Positions 15,285 through 29,583 of a stretch of DNA of 64,000 nucleotides are shown in pieces; the first letter of the stretch is position 1; each line of letters starts with the position of its first letter. This stretch comes from the human T2T-CHM13v2.0 reference genome, Homo sapiens. Location of the stretch: the NCBI RefSeq assembly GCF_009914755.1, contig NC_060931.1. One strand, 5' to 3'. The notes under the pieces are model-generated. The model did no database searches. It was not told where the DNA came from and saw nothing but the letters and a program-made list of their open reading frames with translations. Made by a program: the position numbers and the translations under genes.

Positions 15285-15400
15285 TTTGACTTCTTTGTGG
15301 GTCTCAGGCTGTGTGGTCTTGGACAAGTTACTCAGAACCCCTGGGCCTCAGTGTCCTCATTTCTACAATGGGAAGAAGAAGGGGCTGAGAACTTACTTTC
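15285..15400 (+). mobile_element. MIR
   Basis: CTGTGTGGTCTTGGACAAGTTACT..GCCTCAGTGTCCTCATTTCTACAATGGG. Confidence 0.75.
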
Positions 15401-16381
15401 ATGGAGGACCTACTAGGTGCCAGACATAGCTTTTGTTTTAATAGAGGTTCCTCCAGAAACAAAGCCCGAGACAAGGACGTGATACAGTGGTTTCTTTGGA
15501 AATTGTGGATCCCAGTTGAGGGTGACACAGAATAAGGAGAAGCTGACCTTCGGGTATGTCACGGAGGGGCTGCTGAGCACGGCAGAGGCTCGAGCCCAGG
15601 GAGACCTCCTCAGCAGGGTAGAGTGCCTCCGGGAGGCTGGGCCATTTGTCTGCCAGCTCCTGTCCCATATGGAGTAAGGGCTGCCTCTGAGGATGATGCA
15701 TTTTACCACAGAGTGGAGAAGTCCCCAGAACAGAAAGTGGAGACACATGGTACACACTTAAGGTGGGTGAATCTGAAACCAGACAAGCTGTCACTGAAAA
15801 CAGATGTGAGTCGAAGGGCTGTGATGCAAGCACCGGGGCCACCATGCTCAATGATACATGTATAGATATACATAGCCTGCCAATGCATTGGACACAGACG
15901 AGGCAAGGCTACTGTCTTCCTCCCAGAGTTGAGAGGAGCATATGAAGGAAAGTGCTGATGGTGACTGATACAGGGTAGATTTTGACTAATAGAACTCAGC
16001 ATCTTGCTGGGGCAGGGAGAGTGTAGCTACTCAGACATTTCCACTGCCACAGAACCCCTCCCTCCACCGGGGCCACTGTGTGTGAGGAGAAGGAGCAATG
16101 TGAGGAAGAAAGGGGCCCTTACCAAGGAATCATTTGGGAGTGATTCAGCAAACCTTCTGTCTGCTAAGAATGAAGGTCGTTTTAGAATTTCTCTGTGCTT
16201 ACCTGTGTAGGTGCAGGATCCTAGATATTTTTGAGATGATTAATTAAATCCAACAGGGAGATAACTTTCAGCAGCACATCAAACAGCCACAGAATGTGTG
16301 GCTAGCATTACATTTATGTGTGTGTAAAATCTTTTTAATATAATTATTACTGCATTCCCAAAAGACATACTTTTCCCAACT

Positions 16382-16496
16382 AGAAGAAAGACAGAAAGAA
16401 AGGAAGGAGGGAATCAAGGAAAGAAGGAAGAAAGGGAAAGAAGAAAAAGAGAGAGAAAAAAGAAGGAAGGAAGGAAGGAAGGAAGGAAGGAAGAAA
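16382..16496. repeat. polypurine tract with (GGAA)7
   Basis: Near-pure A/G run; tandem GGAA at 16465-16492. Confidence 0.95.
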
Positions 16497-16919
16497 TCTG
16501 TATTAAATGGAGAGGAACTTGTGAACATAGATCAAAGCACAACTGGCCTCACATCCCCTCCAGTGGAAAATGTCGTGAGCCTAACAGGAGAGCAAAGTTT
16601 TGAGGTGGTGGCCAGGGTGCAGACATAGCCTCATTATAATGAAGAATTACCAATGTAATTATTAGCACCTGACTTTACCTAGAAGCACACATCTGCATTT
16701 CTACTTAGGATCATTCATACCTCAAATTATCTGAGATGAATTGCATCAAATTCCTAGTGAGATTTTCCAGAGAATTTACCAAAATTAGGTCATCATTTAC
16801 CATCTCCTGTCTTGCTTACTTCCCTTTGGTGCTTGCCACCAGCAAAAGGTATTTTGAGTAAAAATAGTTACACTCTCTAGGCCAAAAGGTGCCCCCCATT
16901 TACCTCTGTACCCACAGAC

Positions 16920-17395
16920 ACTATCTTGGCTCAACCTCCTCTCAGCTTTCATCTATGTTTCTGTGACCTTCTCTGTACCTAGTGATCCTGCCTCTCTGCT
17001 TCCAGTCTTTTCCCTGCTCCAGTCCAAACTCCTCACTGCTCCGAGAGGGATCCTTCCAAATTGCGTATTTGAACATATATATCACCCCTCTGCCCCAAAT
17101 CCTTCAATGGTTCCAGATGTTTTCAGGATAAGACTTAGGACCTCACATGACTGTGCCCTGTCTGCTTTTTTTGGCCCTCTCAGTCTCCACACACTTCTGC
17201 GGTTCTAACCAAACACCGTCCATTTACACACAATGCATCACACTCTGTGTCTTAGCTGGAAACAGCCACCCCACCTGTACCTGCTCAGCACTTCCTGGTA
17301 GGCTTCCCCAGCAAAGGCAGAGATTTTGTCTTTTTCATATCTGACCCCTTAGGACCAAGTACATGGCTCAGTCAATATTGAATGTGCTCAACAGA
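16920..17395 (+). mobile_element. L2 fragment
   Basis: Pyrimidine-rich L2 3' region (GAGAGGGATCCTTCCAAA..CCTTCAATGGTTCC..CAGGATAAG). Confidence 0.65.
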
Positions 17396-18276
17396 AACAC
17401 AAATAACATAAAAGAAGCCTGCTTCTTTCTAAGTGGTGATTTGGCCAAACTACAGCATGGCAAAGGAGAGGTGGGGGAACAGTCTAGGTACTGGTAAGAA
17501 AAATATGTGATATAAATTTTCAACTCCTCCTGCATCAGGTCTTCATTATGTGTTTTATCTATTTTATTTAAAGAGAATTCTAAGAGCGCCACATCTCTGC
17601 ACATTTAAATACATGCACCTTTGCCTGGACATATTGTGTGACAGAAGAAAACAGTAAAAAAATAAATACGTGAACCTTAGCAACAGAGCAAGACCTTGTG
17701 TCATAAATAAATACATCTTAAAAGCTCACACGAATGCTCTGTAACTGATTCTTGGGTTTTCCACCATTTAAAATTGTCTGATGCCCTTTATGATGAAGAA
17801 TGAGAGTTGACTGGCAGCTATCTAGAACATAAATATTTCTAAGCTGTAACTTGTGGCCAAGTTAACTAATAGAGACATTCAATACAATAAGATTTGACAT
17901 GTTTTTCAAGGCATGGGTGAAAATGAACCAGGTTGTGATTGAATAAGGTTTCCGGAAGTTAAACTCCTATAATTCCATGGATATAAAAATATGTAGGCTA
18001 ACAACTGAATTTGCTGTCAAAAAAGTGCCTTTCACTCCAAAGAAGTAAAGTTATCCAAGTTCATCCCAAGAATAAATAGCAATATGGTTATTAAAAATAA
18101 GTGGCTTATTTGCCTTATATAACACATTGAAGACTATTTTTTATTATGCTTGTGCTACCAGCTGCAGGTCTAATTAATATTATTGGTGGCTTGAAGCAGA
18201 AGATAACGCACAGAAGTTTATTGTTGCTTACGTTGCTTTCTCCATGTGTAGCAGGCCCATGTGGAGGCAGCATTCA

Positions 18277-18654
<378 letters not shown>

Positions 18655-19077
18655 TCATCCATTCATGAATTCACACATTCAATCCTATTCAAAATATTTA
18701 TTGAACATTTATTTTTACCAGGCATGCTGTAACAAGGAACAATTTTTTCAGGGCCCATATGACAAGCTGATTACCCTCGGTAGGGAGCCTGGTGCAGACT
18801 GTCCCTGATGCCAGATGTATTAGGCAGATCCCAGGCAGAGGGAGTTTCTATCAATAATGTTTGAAAGAGAACCACCCAGCAAGGCTAGAACTAGGAGACA
18901 AGTGAAGCATTCAGTTCAGGTTCAGTTTCAAGGGAGGCATCATAATCCATGATGAACAAAATATCAACATTAAAACAAATCTTGCATTAAAATATTATCT
19001 TGATTACTGATTTTTTGTGCCCCCTTAAGTTTTTATTATTCAATTTTATTAAAATGTTTAAAAAATCAACTAATTAT

Positions 19078-19242
19078 ATTTTTTAGAGACAACGTCTCAT
19101 GATGTTGTGTGGGCTGGAGTGCAGTGGCTGTCCACAGGCCCAATTACAGCACACTATAGCCTCAAAACTCCTGGGCTCAAGAGATCCTCCTGCCTCAGCC
19201 TCCTGAGTAGCTGGAACTACAGTGCACACCACTATGCCCCAC
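19078..19242 (-). mobile_element. FAM (fossil Alu monomer)
   Basis: Single Alu monomer carrying the FAM-specific segment (TGGCTGTCCACAGGCCCAATTACAGCACACTATAGCC, compare consensus GCGCCTGTGAATAGCCA). Confidence 0.8.
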
Positions 19243-20238
19243 TTTATTTTTATTGACAAAGAATAACTTTATATATTTTTGGTGTATAATGTGATGTGTT
19301 GATATATGTATATGTTATAAAATGATTAGATCAAGTCAATTAACAAATCCATCATCTCACAGACTTATTTTTTGTGGTACAAATATTTAAAAATCTACTG
19401 TCTCAGAAATTTTGAAATACACATTTCATTTATGCAATAGATCTCAAAAGAAATTCTGTCTAATTGAAACTTTGCATCTTTTGCCCAACACATCCCTTCC
19501 CCAAAGCCTCTGTTAGCTACTATTCTATTATCCTCTTCTATGAGTTCAACTTTTTTTGGATTCTTCATGCAGTGTTTGTTTCTCTACACCTGGCTTATTT
19601 CACTTAGCATGCCCCCCCCCAAAAAGTGAAAAATTATTTTATCTCATGGCCCTTATTTTTTGTTCAGGAGAGGATCCACGTGTACATTGTTTAACCAGTC
19701 TAAATATAGAGTATGTTAAGGAGAATAATGCCCTCCAGCTTCATCCATGCTGTTGAACATGGCAGAATTTCCTTCTTAATATTAAGGCCAAATAGTATTC
19801 CATTATGTATAATGATATGGTTTGGCTATGTCCCCACCCAAATCTCATCTTGAATTGTAGCTCCCATAATCCCCACGTGCCACGGGAGGGACCCGGTGGG
19901 AGGTAATTAAATCATAGGGACAGGTTTTTCCCATGCTGTTCTCATGATAGAGAATAACTCTCATGAGAGTTGATGGTTTTATAAAGGGGAGTTCTTCTGT
20001 ACATGGTTTCTTGACTGCTGCCATGTAAGACATGCGTTTGCTCCTCCTTCACCTTCTGCCGTGATTGTGAGGCCTCCTGGCCATGTGCAACTATGAGTCT
20101 ACTAAGCCTCTTTCCTTTATAAATTGCCCATTCTTGGGTATGTCCTTATAGCAGTGTGAGAACGGATTTATATCTATATATATATATATATATAGATATG
20201 TCACATTTTCTTTATCCATTCATCTGTTGACAGACACT
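19243..20238 (-). mobile_element. L1MA (L1MA8-10-like) 3' end
   Basis: TCAAGTCAATTAACAAATCCATCATCTCACA..AAATCTACT..AAATTTTGAAATACA; CCTGGCTTATTTCACTTAGCAT. Confidence 0.8.
19813..20173 (+). mobile_element. THE1B/C solo LTR (MaLR)
   Basis: TGATATGGTTTGGCTATGTCCCCACCCAAATCTCATCTTGAATTGTAGCTCCCATAAT..AGCAGTGTGAGAACGGA; followed by (TA)n. Confidence 0.92.
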
Positions 20239-20309
20239 GAAAACTGATAAATACAAAGCTCCATAAGAGACAACTATAAACAATTATATGCCAACAAAAT
20301 GCATAACCA
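20239..20309 (+). mobile_element. inverted L1 ORF2 fragment
   Basis: ATAAGAGACAACTATAAACAATTATATGCCAACAAAATGCATAACC corresponds to the IRDYYEQLYANKLDN-type ORF2 segment, in opposite orientation to the adjacent L1. Confidence 0.7.
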
Positions 20310-22589
20310 TGCCCACATAAATGTGCACCTGAGGCAAATGCCTCACTCTCCTCTTTTTAGTCCTGACCCTGCCATCACGCAGATTTCATGGCTGTCTAAA
20401 TGTTGTGAAAACTCTGGGATGGCATCTCTCTCCCTGTTCTCATGGGATCCTGCTTAAATGTATTTATTTATTTAGCGATAAAGCAATTCATTCCACAATA
20501 ATAAATTATAGACTTAATATGTCAGGGAAAAAATACACGAGTGATTTTAGTTCATACTAATGAGTAAATGACTAATATCAATTCTTTCCACAAATCAAAT
20601 TTAAGATAAAGATGATGAGCAAAGAATCCAACTAAATGCGTGTGCCCTGAGGGGAGAAAAGGCACAGGAAGAAAAGGCTGGGGACACATATAAGATGGGC
20701 ATATTTGTGTTACAGTCCAGGTCATGCCCAGATGGTAGAAGTGGTAGATTCAGAGCTCATTAAGGCAATGGCTATTACTTCCATATTTTTCATGTAAGTA
20801 TGCATGATTTTCTTCTTGAGGGAGGAGCCATAGGCACATCTTTGTATTTCCTTCATAATATAGCTAATTTTAATGGACAAGAACAAAGAAATTTAGAGTT
20901 AATAGTGAACATCTGTCCATGATTAACCCCAATTGCACTTAGAAATCAGAGGTGATCATGCCATTTTGAAATCACAATATTATCTTCCAGTGAAATTGGT
21001 TAGCCTGAGTTCTTTGTTACCAAAAGAAATCCTAGTACTCAGGTTTAAGTTCTCAGGTTTTTGGAAAATATTTATTTATAAATATAATGTTTATATATTT
21101 AAAATAAATTTTGTGATAATTGCCCTCTCCCCAACAAAAAGTTAAAAAAATTTCATCTCATCGCCCCCATTTTTTTTAATCAAGGGAATATCTAAGTGTA
21201 CATTGTTTAACCAGTCTGAATATACAGTATTTTCAGGACAATAAAGTGGACATTTTGGTAATAGAAAGTTTATCCTGCAGCCCTTAATATATACATCAAT
21301 GTACAATGTCACCAAAGTCAGAAAACTTTAACACAGAAATCCAAGCTCAGCCCTACTTCAAGATTGAAACCCATTTAAATTCCAAGAATAAGTAGCTGAC
21401 AAAGATAATTTTCATAGATTAACATTTTTCACCTGGGTTTTATATTTCTGGAAGAAATATACACTGCATTGGTTATGCATTGATCAAACTTTTATTGTGC
21501 CAGCTGTACTTCATAGACCTGAAAAAGTGATTCAAGCAAAACAAAAGAGAACATAAAAGCACAACTATAATGGTTTTAAATCCCAAAGAGGCAATTACAA
21601 GTTTGATTCCAGTGATGCAGCTGGACTCCATTGGAAAACTAAACACCTTATCCATATTAAGTAGTTATGAAGGCTAGGGCTCGGGATGTAAATAATAAAT
21701 TTGCACTGCAGTCATATTTGTAAAGTACAGCCCTTTTAATAAGTGGAAAGAATATGGTAATAAATTTCACACTAATTCATGTGCAAAGGAGAATTTTACA
21801 GAGTTCAAATGTGTTAAGACAGGTAAAAAATGTGAGGTATGAAATAACTAATCATTGGGATAAAACAAATGAAAAAAGATTACAATAATGTGCACAGGAT
21901 TGGATTGTAACTCTTTAACCACTTGGAGCTGGGTTCAGCCTAATGCAGCTTTTTGTATGCATGATGTTTCTCTGCCTCTCTTTAAAAGAAAAATGAAAGT
22001 AAATGGGGCATTGTGCTGCTTCCCAAATTAATTCACAAAAGCCTAGGACAAGACACTTATAGAACTAATTGTTGCCTGGCTTAGAATATCTTTCTCTTCC
22101 CAAATTTTTAGACATAGGAATAAGAAGAGTAAAGAATTTGTACAGGATTCCATCCAGCATTAAGCAAGCAGAATGGGGCTCTTCCAAGCTCCCCTCTGAG
22201 TGCTTCAGATAGGCTCATTAATTCATTAATCTGCCAAAGGTTTAGTGTCTGTTACGTATCAGGCACTAGGGGTGCAAAGATCAGAAGGCACATCCTGAAG
22301 TCTCAAGATGTAATGGATTATTGGGGACAATAGATTGGCATACAGAGAACCCTAGTAAAAAACAAAACTAAATGAACAAACAAAAACGCATTGCCAAGTA
22401 GAGAAATTCACTGTTCGGTTGCAGAGAGAAGGTCTACTTAACTCTTTATCTTAGGGGAAATATTTCAGACAACGGCTTACTAGAAGAGTGAGACTTGAAT
22501 ATTTTGCCCTAAATCTTGCTGTTTATTGCAAATTACTGAGGGTTGCTCAATGTTTAGCCCATTTTTCCTTAATAGGCCATTCACAAAAA

Positions 22590-23760
<1,171 letters not shown>

Positions 23761-24689
23761 ATAATGAAAATGAAGGAGAAAGGAAATGTGCATGTTAAAG
23801 AGAAGCCGATCCTGGAGCAGCCACAGATTTTTCAGAATAAATGAAGGTCTTGGGACTGAGGTCTGGAGTTTGAATGCCCATACAGAGCAGGGAGTGGACT
23901 GCAGCCCATCCAGAACAGGGAAGCAAGACCAAAGCTCCACAAAGAAAGCTTCTAGCTTCAAAGTCTTTTCTTTCCTCACTATCTAGAAAAAATTTCCTTC
24001 ACTGGCCTGGTGAAGCAGCAAAAAGGTTTGCTCTCAGAAGAAAGAAGGCACTCACAAAAACTTGAAATTCTAGGCCTATACCCCTGCACTAAGGAATCCC
24101 AAGTGAACCACAAACATGATTAGGAGACCCCATGCTGAGTAATCAACAAAAAAGTTATTCCAGAGTGAGGACAAAATAATAAGAATGTCAGTGAGTGACT
24201 CAGTTTACTATATGCAAATGCTCACTGGAAGATCTCTTGAAGGCTGAACTTTAGAAAGAAGGAAATTGGATCCAGGCCAAGACCCCAAAGAAGGATGAAG
24301 TCATGAGAGAATAAAAGATGAATATAAATTTTAAATGGCTATACAAGCAAAACTATAACAATAATGACTAAATGGGGTAGGGGTAGAGTGGTTTAAAAAA
24401 AGTTGAAATTAACATATGAGGTCAGAATAACATGGAAGACTGGTAATGGGAAAATGGATTTAAGGCGTCTGAAGGCCATAGTAGTGTAGAATAAATAGGT
24501 ATATAGGTGATTTCAGACTTCATTATGGGCCGTAGGCTTGCTACCTCTGCTCACAACTTACCAATAATCCCATTTTAAGCTCTTTCACTTGAGTCATTTG
24601 AATGTACTGCTTTCTCTCATGACTCATTTTGGTACATACTTGAATACTTACATTAGAAATTGAGAAAGGTTGTAAATAAATGAGCTAAT

Positions 24690-25610
<921 letters not shown>

Positions 25611-26609
25611 AAACTCAGCATATTTATATATAGAGTACCCACCATGATGAAATTAGAGAAGGCAGCTGTCTGAGGTGTGAACCTAATGGTACAAAATGGC
25701 TGCCATGTGGCTACAACAGTGTCCCTGGAATGCCACATGTTGAGACATGTCCCTTTAAGAATTTTTAGTCTTAGGGGTTTGTGCACAACAGAGAGCAGAA
25801 CCTCATTGTGAGTGAGAACATCATGGAATGGAAGCTGGGAAGTGAAAGGAGTTCAGGGAAGTGGAATTGATTTGTTTTATAATTTCCCCATGATCAGCCT
25901 GCCAATTTATTCCTAGAATCTGCACAGCAAGCTGGTTTTCCCTATACATATAAGATGACTATTTGTACATGCTTTGATTGTCATTTTTGATTTCTTACAA
26001 ACCCAGATATATTCCTACACTTGTCTAGTTGCTTCTGAACACCAAATAGAGTGACTGTTGTCTACCGTCTTAAGAGTCATTTGGGTCATGAAATTAAAAT
26101 TTGCAATTGTTTCCACTACATAGGCAGCGTCAAACCATGCCACCTAATTTCCTATGGCCATGTTTCTTGTAGTTGTCTTGTAAAACTGCAATATTAAAAA
26201 AGAAGACATTTCTGACATGACTGTACACTTTTGAAAGTCATATTGCAAGTATACATGCGTTGAGTTAACACAGATCTTGGAGATTTTTCAGACTTGAAAA
26301 ATGCCACTTTTTTTTTAACCTCATACAACATCTCTTTAGCCTGAAGCCTTTTCACTCCTCTTATCTGGTGTGAGTGAGATTGGTCTGTAGAAATCAAAGT
26401 TACTAAGGAATGCCACAGCTCTGAGACAGAATAAACTATTTTATCGTGTCTCCTTTCTTGAGGACCAGTTTAAAAGGAATGCAGTAGCTTTAAACCCAGG
26501 CAAGCGACAGCCCTGCAGCCTGTCTCCCTCTGCACGGGAGCCCTGTCTCATCTGTGTTACCCCTGGAAGGCATTCTGGCCAGCCATTAAGAATTTTGTTC
26601 TTGGTATAC

Positions 26610-26790
26610 AGAAGACCTGAATATAAATTCTGACTCTGCAATATACTGGCTGACAGATGCTGGGGGAGGCATGCACTTCTCTGAGCCCGTTTTCCTTATG
26701 TGTGAGGTGGGGATAATTTCTATCCCAAAGGATTGTTGATTAAGTAAAATAACTCCTGTGAAATCTGGTGCCGGCAAACAGTGAGGCCGA
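26610..26790 (+). mobile_element. MIR
   Basis: CACTTCTCTGAGCCCGTTTTCCTTATGTGTGAGGTGGGGATAAT. Confidence 0.7.
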
Positions 26791-27018
26791 AACCAGTAAT
26801 CATTACTCTTCAGAGACTGACCTGGAGGTCCTCTCAGGAAGAAACTCATGCCAAGAGAGGAAAGGTGTATGAAGTCAGTTTGAGGTCATGGACCAAGGGG
26901 ATTCTTTCTACAGCAAGGTGTCCACCACGCAGACTGTCCTACAGCCCAAGCCTCATAACTTCTGCCTAAGTTTCAAGATGAGCAGTATAATAAAGAACAA
27001 GTCAAAAACAGAAAACTG

Positions 27019-27385
<367 letters not shown>

Positions 27386-28298
27386 TCATGTATGTAGGTG
27401 TGGCATAGGGAGATAAAGGACGCTTTCCATACACGGGCCTTGTGATGGTGAGAGTCTTGGACATGGTGATGTGCCATAAGAGATCTGGGGGACAGTATGC
27501 TTCAGGAGCTCTGGGTCCTGCTCACAGCAGGTGTCACTCAGTGGCTGGAGGACAAGGAGATGGCATGATAGATGCATGGACTACCAAGAAGGACCCATCC
27601 CCAGACCCAGTATGGAGGTCTTCAAGATGGTGCTCAAGTTTCCACTTGAGAAATGGGTAAAGGTGGAGCCAGAGAAAAAGGAACTCTTACCCAGGCTGGT
27701 CTGGTGGTGTGAACCCAGGTTACCTTTTACATCCTGAGTGACGCGTAACAAGCCTCTACAGTCTAAATTTCAAGGTCTAGTTCCTCTTGAGAGGGCTTGC
27801 CATCTATTTTTTTTCCCTCTCTCTATTTGTCTGTCTCTCATTTACATCCTTTTAAGAATATGATTAATAAACTCTCATGTATTTAGACTTATTTGTTGGG
27901 TTTTGCCTAACTTTTTCTGTTTTACTTTTCTTTATTTTTATTTTTCAATAGGTTTTTGGGGAACAGGTGGTTTTTGGTTACATGGATAAGTTCTTTAGTG
28001 GTGATTTCTGAGATTTTGGTGCACCCATCACATGAGCAGTGTACACTGTACTCAGTGTGTAGTCTTTCATCCCTCACCCCTGCTCCCACCCTTCCACATG
28101 AGTCCTCAAAGCCCATTGCCTCATTCTTATGCATTTGCATCCTCATTGCTTAGCTGCTACTTATAAGTGAAAACATACAATGTTTGTTTTTCTCATTCCC
28201 ACGTTACTTCACTTAGAATGATAATCCCTAACAACTCCATCCAGGTTGCTGTGAATGCCATTATTTTTTTCCTTTTTATGGCTGAGTAGTATTCCATG

Positions 28299-29224
28299 GT
28301 GTGTGTGTGTGTATGTGTGTATATATATGTGTATATACACACACACGTGTATATATATGTGTATATACACACACATATATGTGCATATGTGTGTATATAC
28401 ACACACATATATGTGCATATGTGTGTATACACACACATATATGTGCATATGTGTGTATACACACACATATATGTGCATATGTGTGTATATACACACATAT
28501 ATGTGCGTATATACACACATATATGTGCATATGTGTGTGTATACACACACATATATGTGCATATATGTGTGTATATATACACGTGTATATACATATACAC
28601 GTGGGTATATACATATACACGTGGGTATATACATATACACGTGTATATACATATACACGTGTGTATACATATACACGTGGGTATATACATATACACGTGT
28701 ATATACATATACACACATATGTATATATGTGTATATACGTATATATGTGTATATGTGTATATATGTATATATGTATATGTATATGTATGTATATATGTAT
28801 ATGTATATGCGTATATATGTATATGCGTATATATGTATACGTGTATATGTGTATATGTGTTTATGTATATATACATATACACATATACACATATATACAC
28901 ATATACATATACACGTATACACGTATACATATACACGTATACACGTATATATATACACGTATACACGTATATATACACATATACACGTATACACGTATAT
29001 ATACACATATACATGTATACACGTATATATACACATATACACGCATATATGTATATATACACATATACATACACACGTGTGTGTATGTGTGTATATGTGT
29101 GTATATGTGTGCATACACACACGTGTGTATGTGTGCATACACACACGTGTGTATATGTGTGTATATATTTACACACATACATATATACATGTATAAATAT
29201 ATATATATACACATATACATATAT
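28299..29224. repeat. complex alternating purine-pyrimidine VNTR (TA/CA/TG with 20-bp and 28-30-bp higher-order units)
   Basis: Units ACACACATATATGTGCATATGTGTGTAT and ATACACGTGGGTATATACAT; the source of all 300-400 aa HTY/VCIY ORFs. Confidence 0.97.
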
Positions 29225-29273
29225 ACCATGGAATACTGTATATATATATAGTGCAACAAAATAAGATAAATGA

Positions 29274-29583
<310 letters not shown>

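Larger units (their letters stand above)
18880..20371. mobile_element. MER96-like hAT MITE split into 18880-19030 and 20310-20371 by nested insertions
   Basis: Left TIR CAAGGCTAGAACTAGG, right TIR TAGTCCTGACCCTG, internal TTGCATTAAAATATTATCTTGATTACTGA..GCCCCCTTAA and GCACCTGAGGCAAATGCCTCACT. Confidence 0.7.

Noticed and set aside
28299-29224. CRISPR-like or prokaryotic repeat array
   Set aside because: No unique spacers and no cas genes; the context is primate DNA
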